Shown here: piece by piece, positions 25,155 to 47,850 of the stretch
Numbering within the stretch: position 1 is the first letter of the stretch
Layout of the letters: each line of letters begins with the position of its first letter
DNA from: Octopus vulgaris
Taxonomy: Eukaryota
DNA: 64,000 bases
Assembly (NCBI GenBank): GCA_951406725.2
Contig: OX597829.1
Span: 33,604,001-33,668,000 of the forward strand
Direction: 5' to 3'
The notes under the pieces: generated by a model
What the model saw: the letters and a program-made list of their open reading frames with translations, nothing else
Databases searched by the model: none
Told to the model about the DNA's origin: nothing
Translations under genes and position numbers: made by a program

Positions 25155-26358
25155 AAAATATATACATATATATACAAATATATACACATATATATACAAA
25201 TATATACATATATATACAAATATATACATATATATACAAATATATACATATATATACAAATATATACATATATATACAAATATATACATATATATACAAA
25301 TATATACATATATATACAAATATATACATATATATACAAATATATACATATATATACAAATATATACATATATATACAAATATATACATATATATACAAA
25401 TATATACATATATATACAAATATATACATATATATACAAATATATACATATATATACAAATATATACATATATATACAAATATATACATATATATACAAA
25501 TATATACATATATATACAAATATATACATATATATACATATATATACAAATATATACAAATATATACATATATATACAAATATATACATATATATACAAA
25601 TATATATATATATATACAAATATATACATATATATATATATATATACAAATATATACATATATATACAAATATATACACATATATATACAAATATATACA
25701 TATATATACATATATATACAAATATATACATATATATACATATATATACAAATATATACATATATATACATATATATACAAATATATACATATATATACA
25801 TATATATACAAATATATACATATATATACATATATATACAAATATATACAAATATATACATATATATACATATATATACATATATATACATATATATACA
25901 TATATATACATATATATACAAATATATACATATATATACATATATATACAAATATATACATATATATACAAATATATACATATATATACAAATATATACA
26001 TATATATACATATATATATACATATATATACATATATATACATATATATACATATATATACATATATATACATATATATACAAATATATACATATATATA
26101 CATATATATACAAATATATACATATATATACATATATATACAAATATATACATATATATACAAATATATACATATATATACAAATATATACATATATATA
26201 CAAATATATACATATATATACAAATATATACATATATATACAAATATATACATATATATACATATATATACAAATATATACATATATATACAAATATATA
26301 CATATATATACATATATATACAAATATATACATATATATACATATATATACAAATATA
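23337..26358. repeat. TA/CA/AAAT array (unit ~TACAAATATATACATATA) with a ~120-bp unique insert at 23481-23604
   Basis: Direct reading. Confidence 0.97.
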
Positions 26359-29300
26359 TGCCACACCGTCAGCCTTTATTGACACCCTGGGTGTCTCACC
26401 AGTGCTTCTGCTGAATGTCAGAGGTCTGGTGAAACCCACTAATATGGGTAAAATTCCTTACCTTAGGGACTTGAGCACAAGCAACCATGCAATATGCATA
26501 GCGCTGATTGAAACGCACCTGTCAAGCAGTATAGCAGATGCAGAAATACACATACCGAAGTATACTGTTTTTCGGTCGGACAGGAAGGAAAGAACTCATG
26601 GTGGGGTTGCCCTGTACGTCCGTGAAGATGTCACACCCATAGTACTGTTGACACACTCAAACTCAGTCTGTGACACACTGATAGTACACATGAAACAACC
26701 GAAAATAGTAATATGTGTCACATATCGGCCACCAGACACCCCTAGTCATGAATGAGTGTTTGAAGATAGCCTCAGAAGAATAGAAGAAGTCCTGGACAAA
26801 CTGGACCAGGGTAACACCATTCTACTGCTGGGAGATTTTAACCTTCCGAAAGTCAAATGGCCAGATGGCCATCTCCTCCCTGGAATGACATCACTTGAAC
26901 AGAGACAGACAGAGTCCTTGTTGGCTCTCACACGCAAGTTGTTCATGGAGCAAGCAGTGCTTTGGCCAACAAGAGGTGAGAATGTCTTGGACCTCTGTTT
27001 CACAAGCAACCCGATGCTCATCCACAACATAATGGTAACACCAACAATTCTCTCAGATCACAACTTAGTAGAGGTAATGATATATGGTATGAGAGAGTTA
27101 GTTGAGACGCAGCCATTAGAAAATACCACAGGCCTATCCAGTCTAAACTTCCATAAGGCAAACTGGAAGAAGATCAACGAAGAGATCCGAAAACATGACT
27201 GGAGTGACTTCATCACCACACAAGACACCAACACACATTTCCAACATTTCATGACAACAATACAGAACATATGCCATAAGTTTGTCCCGGAGAAAAAAGC
27301 CAGCGGGCATAGGAACGTTATTCCCAGAGACAGGAAAATACTTATGAGGCGAAGAGCTAAGCTCTCGAAGCAACTGAATGCACGGCAGAGAAACAATGAG
27401 GGACTCCACCTGAAACTTTTTGAAACGGAAACTGCACTCAAACTTTCCTATGAGAAGGAGAGGGCAGAGAGAGAAGCCAGGGCCATAGAGAATATTAAAA
27501 CAAACCCTAAAGCCTTCTTTAAATTTGCGAAAGAAACCACCTCGGTACACTGCAAGATTGGCCCACTCTTTGATAAAAAGGGCTCTCTAACTGAGGACCC
27601 CCAAGGGATAAGTGAAATACTAAAGGAACAGTATAAAAGTGTGTTCACATCCCCTCTGGAGCACATGCAAATCACAAACCCAGAAGTTTTCTTTGGTGCC
27701 ACAACACTCCAAAACCAAACAACAACCATCGACCACATAGACATAACAGAGAGGGATGTAATATCTGCCATAGAAGAAATGAGAATAAACTCAGCTGCTG
27801 GACCAGATGGATTCCCAGCAGTCCTCCTAAAAACATGCAGGCATGCCCTAGCGGGACCACTGAAGAAGCTCTTCAGTGGTTCCTTGGCTAACGGTAAACT
27901 GCCCAGGGCGCTAAAAGAAGGCACCATATGCCCTATCCACAAAGGAGGGAGTAGAGCAGAGGCCAAAAACTACAGGCCAGTCTCCCTGACGTCACACATA
28001 AGTAAGGTCATGGAACGAATCATCAGAAAAAACTGATCACGTTCCTCGAAGAAACTAACCGTCTCACTGACACACAGCATGGCTTTCGCCCAGGAAGAAG
28101 CTGCCTTACGCAGCTGTTACAACACTACGACTGGGTACTGAAACAACTACTGGATCGCTCACAGGTGGATGTGGTATATCTCGACTTTGCGAAGGCCTTT
28201 GACAAAGTCGACCACGGAGTGATATGTCACAAATTACTCAGACTCGGCATAACAGGAAAAGTAGGTGAGTGGATACATGACTTCCTGAAGGACAGAAGCC
28301 AGATGGTTGCAGCCAATGGAGCCCTCTCGGGAAAGACACCAATAGCAAGCGGGGTGCCACAGGGCACAGTCTTGGGACCCTTGCTGTTTTTGGTGGCGCT
28401 CTCTGACATGCCCTTGGTAGCACAAACAACATCCCTCACTAGCTATGCTGATGACACAAAGGTAGCACAGGCAATCAAAAACCCAGCTGATGCTGACCTT
28501 TTACAACAAGATCTGGATGCCATATACAAATGGGCTGAAGACAACAACATGCAATTTAATGCTGGTAAATTTCAAGCCTTACAATATCAAGCTGTAAACA
28601 CATATACATTACAACACAACTATACTGGTCCAGGAGGGATCGAAATCCCAGTATCGAAATCAATACGGGACCTGGGGATAGACATGAGTGACGATGCATC
28701 TTTTTCTTCACACATCGCGAAGGTGGCGACAATGTGCAGACGACTCACTGGCTGGATCCTGAGGACATTCCGGACAAGAGACTGCGAGACCATGTTGACA
28801 CTATGGAGGACATTTGTCCTAAGCCGCCTGGACTACTGCTCCCAACTGTGGTCACCGCATAGTGTCAAACTAACCACAGAGCTTGAGACAATCCAAAGAC
28901 ATTTCACCAAGAGGATTTCCACCATGAAAGAAAAGAACTATTGGGAGAGGCTTAGGGAACTCAATTTGTACTCCTTGGAACGAAGACGAGAGAGATATGC
29001 AGTGATATACATATGGAAAATCCTGGAGGGACTAGCACCAAATTTTGGAATTGAGAGCTGTTCCAATCCCCGTACAGGACGTCACTGTGTGGTGCCAAAG
29101 GTCCCGTCTTCCACATCCAGGGTAAGGAGCAGATACTGTAATAGCCTGGGGTTCAGGGGCCCTCAGCTTTTCAACAAACTGCCAAGAAAACTAAGAGATC
29201 TACATGATGCGGATGTGGACATTTTCAAAAAACATCTAGACAAGCTGCTTTCCGGGATCCCAGATGAACCCACTGCAAGGTACGAAGGTAACCTAAGGGC

Positions 29301-29439
29301 AGCAGCTACAAACTCTCTCTTAGATCAGTGGCCAGCCACGGCAAACTGGACTTAGAGAGGGTAGCAACAAGGGCGGTGCCCCAGCATGGCCTCAGCCGGA
29401 TGGCTGAAACAAGTAAAAGAGTAAAAGAGTAAAAGAGTA
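26359..29439 (+). mobile_element. CR1-like non-LTR retrotransposon, near-complete ORF2 (APE+RT) with one stop and one frameshift; (GTAAAAGA)3 tail
   Basis: LLNVRGL, GGVALYV, YRPP, GDFNLP, SDHNLV, NYRPVSLTS, LDFAKAFDKVDH, GVPQGTVLGPLLF, YADD, YSLERRRER; stop at 26753-26755, frameshift near 28030. Confidence 0.95.
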
Positions 29440-30272
29440 TATATACAAATATATACATATATATACATATATATACAAATATATACATATATATACATAT
29501 ATATACAAATATATACATATATATACAAATATATACATATATATACATATATATACAAATATATACATATATATACATATATATACAAATATATACATAT
29601 ATATACATATATATACAAATATATACATATATATACATATATACAAATATATACATATATATACAAATATATACATATATATACATATATACAAATATAT
29701 ACATATATACAAATATATACATATATATACAAATATATACATATATATACATATATATATACAAATATATACATATATATACATATATATACAAATATAT
29801 ACATATATATACATATATATACAAATATATACATATATATACAAATATATACATATATATACATATATATACAAATATATACATATATATACATATATAT
29901 ACAAATATATACGTATATATACATATATATACAAATATATACAAATATATACGTATATATACATATATATACAAATATATACATATATATACAAATATAT
30001 ACATATATATACATATATATACATATATATACAAATATATACATATATATACAAATATATACATATATATACATATATATACAAATATATACAAATATAT
30101 ACATATATATACATATATATACAAATATATACATATATACATATATATACAAATATATACATATATATACATATATATACAAATATATACATATATATAC
30201 ATATATATACAAATATATACAAATATATACATATATATACATATATATACATATATATACAAATATATACAT
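29440..30272. repeat. TA/CA/AAAT array, same unit as 25020-26358
   Basis: Direct reading. Confidence 0.97.
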
Positions 30273-32270
30273 ATGATTGATTGATTGATTCTAGTTTCAG
30301 CTTATGAGCTGTGGCCATGCTGGGGCACCGCCATTTGGTGTTGCTACTTGGTTTCACTTCATGGAGGCTTTCTAGCAACTGCTATTTGGTGCATGAGAGA
30401 GTTCGATGCAGCTGCCCTCATCTGCCCCTCCTGCCGTGAAGTTGGTTCATCTGGGACACCTGACAGGAAGAGATCCAGCTTCATTTTAAAGACATCTGTA
30501 TCCACCCCATGCAGGTCTCTCAGGTTCTTCGGGAGGATATTGAAGAGCTGTGGGCCTCGGAAGCCCAGGCTATCACAGAATCTTGTCCTACATCTTGATG
30601 GCAGGTTTGGAGTCCTAGGCACCACGCAGTGGCGCCCAGTTCTGGCATTTGCGTAACTCTCAATGCCAAAGTTCAGGACACTTCCCTCCAGGATCTTCCA
30701 GATGTATATTATGGCATATCTTTCCCGCCTACGCTCCAGGGAATATAATTTTAATCTCTTGAGTCTTTCCCAGTAGCTTACATTCTGCATAGAGGCTATC
30801 TTCTTTGTGTAGCTTCGTTGGATCGCCTCAAGTTCTGTGATCAACTTGACACTGGATGGTGACCATAGCTGAGAGCAATAGTCAAAGTGGCTTAGGACAA
30901 GTGTCTTCCAGAGGACCATCATGGTTTCTTGTTCTCTTGTTCTAAAGGTTCTAAGAATCCATCCAGCCAGCCGTCTACATTTCATTGTCAGTTTAGCAAC
31001 ATGTACATGAAAGGTCGCGTCATCACTCATGTGAATACCCAGGTCACGCACTGATTGTGCCTCTGGGATTGCAATCCCTCCGGGTCCAGTGTATTCATTG
31101 GGTATTGCATTCAGTTTTGCATGCTGATAGTATAAAGCTTGAAACTTTCCAGCGTTGAACTGCATGCTATTCTTTTCAGCCCACTTGTATATTTCGTCCA
31201 GCTCACATTGCAGGTGTTTAGTGTCCTCAGGGTTCTGTATTGCCTGTGAGACTTTTGTATCATCTGCATAACTTGTGATCGTGGCTCTCTGCGTGGCTGA
31301 GGGCATGTCTGAGAGGGCCATTATGAACAGTAGTGGTCCCAGAACAGTGCCCTGTGGAACACCGCTCACTATTTGTGTGTTAATGGAGGTGGCCCCATTG
31401 GCTACTACCACCTGACTTCTATCCTTCAGAAAGTCATGAAGCCATTCTCCCAGTTTTCCAACTATGTTGAGATCACGCAGTTTGTGACATATCATTCCAT
31501 GATCGACTTTATCAAAGGCCTTTGCAAAGTCGAGATATATCACTTCCACATTTGAGTGGTTGAGCAGCCGTTTCAGCACCCAGTCATAGTGTTGTAGGAG
31601 CTGAGTTAAACAGCTTCTCCCTGGTCGGAAACCATGTTGGGTGTCGGGCAGCAAGTCATTCTCTTCAAGGAAGGTGATCAGCTTCCTTCTGACTATTCGT
31701 TCCATGACCTTGCTGATGTGTGAGGTCAGAGAGATAGGTCTATAGTTCTTGGCTTCCGCTCTGCTACCTCCTTTATGAATGGGGCATATTTTACCTTCCT
31801 TCAGTTTTCCTGGAAGTTTGCCAGCTGCAAGGAAGCTCTGAAAGAGGAACTGCAGTGGTCTTGCTAGGACTCTCTTACATGCTTTTAGGAGGATTGCCGG
31901 GAATCCATCGGGGCCAGTAGCTGAGTCTGTTTTCATTTCATCTATAGCCTTGGTTACATCGTCTTCCTTTATATCAATGTAATCTATCGTCGCCTATTCT
32001 ACAGTGCACTGTAGCTGTTTCTTTGGCATACCTGTAGAAAGCTCTGGGGTTAGATTTTATGTTTTCTATAGCCCAGGCTTCTTTGTCTGCTCTTTCTTTT
32101 TCATGGGAGAGTTGCAGACATTTTTCGATTTCCAACAGTTTTATTTTTAGGCGGGACTTTTCACTGCTTTCAATCTGTTTGTTTAGGCGATTTGAAAATT
32201 TCGTACGCCGTCTCCTTAAAATTTTCCTCTCTCTGGGGATTTTGTTCTTGTGTACAGTGGCCTTTCTCTC
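30273..32270 (-). mobile_element. Second CR1-like LINE, 5'-truncated, open RT domain; (AATC)n tail
   Basis: ORF 30359-31936 (525 aa) with NYRPISLTS, QHGFRPGRSC, GVPQGTVLGPLLF, YADD; internal deletion near 31995 relative to the first copy. Confidence 0.95.
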
Positions 32271-33650
32271 TTATAAATATATATATATACACATATATAC
32301 ATATAAATATATATATACACATATATACATATATATATACACATATATACATATAAATATATATATACACATATATACATATATACACATATATACATAT
32401 ATACACATATATACATATATATACACATATATATACCAATTAAGGACTGAACACGAAAAGTGGACAGTCAACATGCTAGATATAGACGTCAAATCGTCAT
32501 TCACCACAAAAGATTATGTTCTCAGATCAAACTCAACACAAAACCAAAGCAATAAACAAGTGAAAAATATACATTTTATTTCGTATATTTTTCACTTGTT
32601 TATTGCTATGGTTTTGTGTTGAGTTTGATCTGAGAACATAATCTTTTGTGGTGAATGACGATTTGACGTCTATATCTAGCATGTTGACTGTCCACTTTTC
32701 GTGTTCAGTCCTTAATTGGTATATATAAATATTTTAATCTTCGGATTCTTTTTTAATATGCTAGACCACTGGTCTTAATTGATAAATATCAATTTCTACC
32801 CTTAATTAATTTTATACACTTATATACATATAAATATATATATACACATATACACATTTAAATATATATATATACACATATACACATATAAATATATATA
32901 TATACACATATATACACATATAAATATATATATATTTACACATATATATATATATAAATATATATATATTTACACATATATATATATAAATATATATATA
33001 TTTACATATATATATATATAAATATATATATATTTACACATATATATATATATAAATATATATATATTTACACATATATATATATATAAATATATATATA
33101 TTTACACATATATATATATATAAATATATATATATTTACACATATATATATATAAATATATATATATTTACACATATATAAATATATATATATACACATA
33201 TATACATATATAAATATATATATACACATGTATACATATATAAATATATATATATACACATGTATACATATATAAATATATATATATACACATATATACA
33301 TATATAAATATATATATATACACATATAAATATATATATATACACATATATACATATATAAATATATATATATACACATATATAAATATATATATATACA
33401 CATATATATATATAAATATATATATATACACATATATATATACACATATATATATATACACATATATATACACACATATATATATATAATATATATATAT
33501 ACACATATATATATACACATATATATATATATACACATATATATATATACACATATATATATACACATATATATATATAAATATATATATATACACATAT
33601 ATATATATACACATATATATATACATATATATATATATAAATATATATAT

Positions 33651-33725
<75 letters not shown>

Positions 33726-33782
33726 TATATAAGTATATATATATATACACATATATATATATAAGTATATATATATATACAC

Positions 33783-33845
<63 letters not shown>

Positions 33846-35037
33846 TACATATAAATATATATATATACACACATATATACATATAAATATATATATATAC
33901 ACACATATATATATATAAATATATATATATATACACATATAAATATATATATATACACATATATACACATATAAATATATATATATATACATATATACAT
34001 ATAAATATATATACACATATATACATATATATATATATATACACATATATACATATAAATATATATATATACACATATATACATATAAATATATATATAT
34101 ACACATATATACATATAAATATATATATATACACATATATACATATAAATATATATATATACACATATATACATATAAATATATATATATACACATATAT
34201 ACATATAAATATATATATATTCACATATATACATATAAATATGTATATACATACACATATATACATATAAATATGTATATATATACACATAAATACATAT
34301 AAATATATATATATATACACATAAATACATATAAATATATATATATATACACAAATACATATAAATATATATATATATACACATAATATACATATAAATA
34401 TATATATATACACACATATACATATAAATATATATATATACACACATATACATATAAATATATATATATATACACACATATACATATAAATATATATATA
34501 TAAACACATACGTATCAATATATATATATATACACATACACATATAAATATATATACACATACACATATAAATATATATACACATACACATATAAATATA
34601 TATACACATACACATAAATATGTATACACATATAAATATATATATATACACATATAAATATATATATATACACATATAAATATATATATATACACATAAA
34701 TATATATATATACACATATAAATATATATATATACACATAAATATATATATATACACATAAATATATATATATACACACATATAAATATATATATATACA
34801 CATAAATATATATATATACACACATATAAATATATATATATACACATAAATATATATATATACACAAATATATACACATACACATACACATAAATATATA
34901 TATATACACATACACATAAATATATATATATAAACACAAATATATACACATACACATACACATAAATATATACATATACACATACACATAAATATATATA
35001 TATACACATACACATAAATATATATATATATATATAT
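32271..35037. repeat. TA-rich compound array (TAAATATA/CACATA units) interrupted by a palindrome island
   Basis: Direct reading. Confidence 0.95.
32428..32726. repeat. ~300-bp palindrome with ~145-bp arms and ~10-nt loop
   Basis: taccaattaaggactgaacacg...aaaaatatac | attttatttc | gtatattttt...cgtgttcagtccttaattggta; about one mismatch. Confidence 0.96.
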
Positions 35038-35423
35038 ACTAGCAGTATCGCCCGGCGTTGCTCAGGTTTGTAAGGGAAATAACTATAAAGCATTTTTAGA
35101 GAGTTATAGCCAAAAAATAGCAAAAAAAATGGAAAAAAAATGATGGTAATTTTTTTTTGAGAGTTAAAAAAGGTGGAGTTGCGTCCCCTAGACGGTCTGT
35201 GGTTTGGGTTTCTGATTCTCGACCCCATGTCGAATTTATCGATTTTTTTCAGAACTGGGGGAACTTTTCAAAATTTTCACTGCGTTAGTTTTGAATTATG
35301 ACATTGGGCTATGTGTGTGTCAAGTTTCATCAGAATCGGTTGAAAGCCGTGGTCAGAGTGAGGGTACGAGAAAACAGACACACAGAAAACGCACAGACAA
35401 ACTGCCGTTTATATAGAGAGAGA
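35038..35423 (+). mobile_element. Helentron-associated/DINE-1-like non-autonomous element
   Basis: Starts actagc...cccggcgttgctcagg hairpin; contains aagtttcatcagaatcggtt and acagac repeats; ends tttatatagagagaga; lies in a TA tract. Confidence 0.7.
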
Positions 35424-36553
<1,130 letters not shown>

Positions 36554-36639
36554 CAATAATAATAATATTAGGGAGTAAATCCAAACTTACAGGGAAAATT
36601 AGATATAGGATTAAATCTAAAATATATATACACATATAC

Positions 36640-36938
36640 ATGCTGAGAACCCTTTCGATCATGACTGACCATGAGATTGTACCTAGAAAGTTACTCTCCC
36701 AGGCACAACTCTGGGCTAGGTTGTTTATGGAAGACCAGCAGTCGCCCATGCATACTTGCCTCCCCTCTCCACGCCACTGTTATCCATGGGGAAAGGCAGA
36801 GTCCGATACAGCTAGGCACCTGTGACAACGCAACTCATTTCTTCAGCTGAGTGAACTGGAGCAACATGAAATAAAATGTCTCGCTCAAGAGCACAACATG
36901 TAGCCTGGCCCGGAATTCAAAGTCTAACCACTGAGCCA
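36640..36938 (-). mobile_element. tRNA-derived SINE (head partly deleted)
   Basis: Minus strand begins tggctcagtggttaga (A-box-like)...gaattccgggcc, then ttgagcgagacattttatttcatgttgctccagttcactcagctg core. Confidence 0.75.
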
Positions 36939-36949
36939 TATGCCTTCAC

Positions 36950-43885
<6,936 letters not shown>

Positions 43886-44432
43886 GGTGGCTGCCCCCTC
43901 GTTATCAAGTATTCCCATTGCACAAAGCTTAATCAATGTTGTTATCGTGCAATGCCTGTGCAAGATTTTTTTTAAAGTGAAGAAAGGCTGTGCACTGAAT
44001 CAATCCCACTCACTAAGCAGCGGCAGCCATAATCCGAAAAGAAGAACAAGTCAACATCATCTGTAACCACTGAGCCGCAGGTTTCATGTCGGAGTTATCC
44101 CAGTTACCTGAGTTACCTTCTCCTAGAAGGATGCCCTAACAAATGTAGGAGTCCTTCACTCCCAATGGTTTAACCGTACGATCGGGTATTCAGTCTGATT
44201 ATTTCTATGTCCCCACGCATGATACAGCCTTAAGACATTTATTGGATGGCCGTTGATTCTTAAGAGTTCCTCCGCCCTTTGACGGGTTTTGTTTTTCATC
44301 CCGCAGGGTGTCCAATAAACACCCTCCTCACCAAGCAAGCTTGGTGGGGTTGCCGGTTTAGTCACCAACGACCCGACCATGCAACAGGTTGTACTGGGTT
44401 ACATGTTACCAGTAGCACTCGAAAGTGACTTG
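43886..44432 (-). mobile_element. RTE 5' leader without ORF
   Basis: 43925-44230 closely matches 6660-6940, which lies upstream of an RTE APE ORF. Confidence 0.8.
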
Positions 44433-44627
44433 ACATAGGTCATACATATATATACATATATATATACATACATATACATACATATATACATACATAGATA
44501 AGTTCAGTAAAATTTAGATTCAGATGAATATGGTACTTAAAGGCACCAGAATTTAGTATGGTATTATCCATATAACTTAAAATGGGGTGATTATAATCAA
44601 AATAAGCAACAAGGATATCCAGAGGTA

Positions 44628-44699
44628 ATGCAGTACAATCGCTTCATGCAACTCCATGTAATTGACCAATGCAAACATTACATCAATCTTCAGCTGCAT
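44628..44699 (-). ncRNA. Degenerate type I hammerhead ribozyme
   Basis: AUGCAG-CUGAAGA-[AUGUAAU/AUUACAU stem]-GAAG-CGAUUG-UA-CUGCAU; perfect 6-bp stem I; GAAA changed to GAAG. Confidence 0.65.
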
Positions 44700-45684
44700 A
44701 AAAGTATAGAATTTAGTTAAATTCGAAGGAATTATTTGTATAATTTTCTTTTTATCCAAAATCACCAAGAGGATAAGTAGATAGACAAAGAACATATTTT
44801 ATCAACAACATCACAGTTGTAACAGATTTTTTCAAAAAAGACACTGCTTATCACTGATTATTTCTGTTATTTAAATTTACTAGTGTGGGGAGGTTTAGTT
44901 TTAATTTATAGACTAGTTTATCAAATCTAAGAGAAACTAGAGTGTATCATTTATGGACAGGGCAAAGTAGATAGACAATTTAAGTGGCAGAGTCATAAAT
45001 CAAGATTTATTTGAAGTAAAACCATTTGGTTCAGTAAGAATATACTTCAGACAAGCTTATAGCAGCTAAATTTGCAGTCTAATGCTTATGGGGCAGGGAG
45101 AATGAAATCATATAGTATCAAACATTTACCTACTATAAAACAATGTTATTTGTATATACATAGATACATTTTAGAGTTATTCTAAAGAGCACTAAGAAGA
45201 ATATTTTTGAGTACTTTCAGTATTATCAAAAAATTTTAGACAATAGAAGGACAGAAAATATAGAAATAATTCCATATTTATATATTTCTATACTAACTTA
45301 ACATATATTTATAGTTATTTATTAAATGGTAATTATTGGTATTAATAAAGGAAAGTTAAGTTAAAGGAATGTTAAAATTTATATATTTCTTATATTATAA
45401 ACAGTGAATATACCCACATAGTTTTATATAAGCTGAGTATGAAATTTATAGATATATTAAATAAAGAAATATAGGAAATAAATAGATAAGAGATTGGTTT
45501 TAAAATAAAATAAAATAAAGAAATAAAAATTAAAATAAAATAAAAAATATAATTCTTTGTAGAATATTTTAGACAAGGGATAAAAAGATTTATATTCCAA
45601 AAAAACTATTGTAAGCTTATTTACATCAATAGGTAAGGTAATTTGTTAGAAAAAAATCTATAATTCCAAATGTTAGACTATGTT

Positions 45685-47435
45685 AGACCCTTTGACAGGG
45701 TCTCCTGATCCCTTATCTGGTGGTCAATGAGGAAACTAGGGATAGATGAATGTTTAGTGAGAGCTGTGCGAGCCATGTACAGGGACACCATCAGTAAGGG
45801 GAGGGTTGGCAATGAGTACAGTGTAGAATTCCGAGTAGAGGTAGGGGTCCACCAAGGTTCAGTCCTCAGCCCCCTCCTATTTATCATAGTCCTCCAGGTA
45901 ATAACAGAGGAATTCAAGACAGGATGCCCCTTGGATCTCCTCTATGCTGATGACCTTGCTCTAATTGCTGAGTCACTATCAAAACTAGAGAAGTTTCAGG
46001 TGTGGAAGCAAGGATTAGAATCAAAGGGCCTTAGTGTCAATCTAGCTAAAACCAAAGTCCTAATAAGTAGAAAGGTAGATAAATCAAAAACCGCTTTCAG
46101 GTAGGTGGCTCTGCTCGATCTGTAGAAAATGCGTAGGTAGAAACTCTAAAGGAAAGCTAACTGGGAAGATAGTTTTTTTTATGTGGCAGATGCTCAGGAG
46201 CAATAAACACTGAAAATGTGCAGAGAAAAACTTCTGCCACATTCCAGGGAGAAAAACTAGTAGTTAATAGCTTCCATTACCTAGGTGACTAAGTCAGTAG
46301 CATGAGAGGGTGCCCTGAAAGTGTAGCTGCTAGAATAAGAATAGCCTGGGCAAAGTTCAGAGAGCTCTTACCTCTGTTGGTGACAAAGGGCCTCTCGCTC
46401 AGAGTAAAAGGCAGACTGTATGATGCATGTTTATGAACAGCCATGCTACATGGCAGTGAAACATGGGTCATGACTGCTGAAGACATGCATAAGCTCGCAA
46501 GGAATGAAGCCAGTATGCTTGATGGATGTGTAACGTCAGTGTGCATACTCAACAGTGTAAGTACCTTGAGAGAAAAGTTGGACCTAAGAAGCATCAGATG
46601 TGGTGTGCAAGAGAGACAACTGCGCTGGTATGGTCATTTGGCAAGAATGGATGAGGATAGCTGTGTGAAAAAGGAACACACCCAAGCAGTTGAGGGAACC
46701 TGTGGAAGAGGTAGACCCAGGAAGACCTGGGATGAGGTGGTGAAGCTTGACCTTTGGAAATATGCTGTGCGTGAGAAGACCTGGCAAGACAAGTGAGACC
46801 ATAACCCGTGACCTTTACCAGGGGTGTAGCCAGCCCACTTATGTGTACCTTTCCTTTATTGGACACAAAACTCTGCTTGCGTAGACCTGTTGAGGCAAGT
46901 GAAATCGAATTCTAAATCAAATGGCACCCATACCAACTTTCTTTCTAAACTCTGCTTGAGAAGACTTATTGGGGCAAGTGAAATCGAAATGAAACCAAAT
47001 TCAATGACTGGCACCTATGCTAAGTGGGGTGCTAACAGCTCCATCCGAGCAGGATCACTGCCAGAGCAACTGTCTGGCTTCCATGCCGGTAGCACGTAAA
47101 AAGCACCATTTGAGCGTGATCATTACGAGTGCCACCTAACTGGCACGTGAACAAAACATTCAAGCGATATCATTGCCAGTTCCGCTGGACTGACTCCTGT
47201 TCAGGTGGCACGTAAAAAGCATCATTTGAGCGTGGCCGTTGCCACTACCACCGGACTGGCCCTTGTGCTGGTGGCACATAAAAGAACCCACTACACTCTT
47301 GGAGTGGTTGGCATTAGGAAGGGCATCCAACTGTAGAAACTGCCAGATCAGACTGGAGCAGCCATCTGGTTCACAAGTCCACAGCCAAATTGTCCAACCC
47401 ATGCTAGCATGGAAAGCAGATGTCAAATGATGATG

Positions 47436-47436
<1 letters not shown>
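45685..47436 (+). mobile_element. 5'-truncated RTE LINE (RT C-terminal half plus long 3' UTR, (GAT)n tail)
   Basis: GVHQGSVLSPLLF, LLYADDL (45727-46104); HGSETW, RWYGH, GRGRPRKTW (46443-46796). Confidence 0.93.
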
Positions 47437-47485
<49 letters not shown>

Positions 47486-47850
47486 ATACATATACATATA
47501 CATATATATATACATATACATATACATATACATATATATACATACATACATATATATATATACACACGTACATATATATACACACACACACGTACATATA
47601 CACATACATATACACACATACATATGTATATATACCCATACATATACACATATACACACACACACACACATACATACATATATATACCCATATACACACA
47701 TATACATACGTATATATACCCATATACACACACATACACGCGCACACACAGACATGCACACGCACTTGCACACATGCACATGCACACACATACATATATA
47801 CACATACACATATGCACATATACACACATTAATACACACACACAAATACA
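47437..47850. repeat. TA/CA array
   Basis: Direct reading. Confidence 0.95.

Noticed and set aside
23576-26755. Apparent 1059-aa repeat-endonuclease fusion protein
   Set aside because: Chance read-through from the array into the LINE APE frame, ending at a premature stop
29392-29416. LINE tail stem plus GAAACAAGTA resembling a hammerhead 3' half
   Set aside because: No CUGANGA upstream in any of the three tails
32490-32530. Possible hammerhead in the second palindrome (CTGAGAA...GTGAA)
   Set aside because: Core and stem I do not fit
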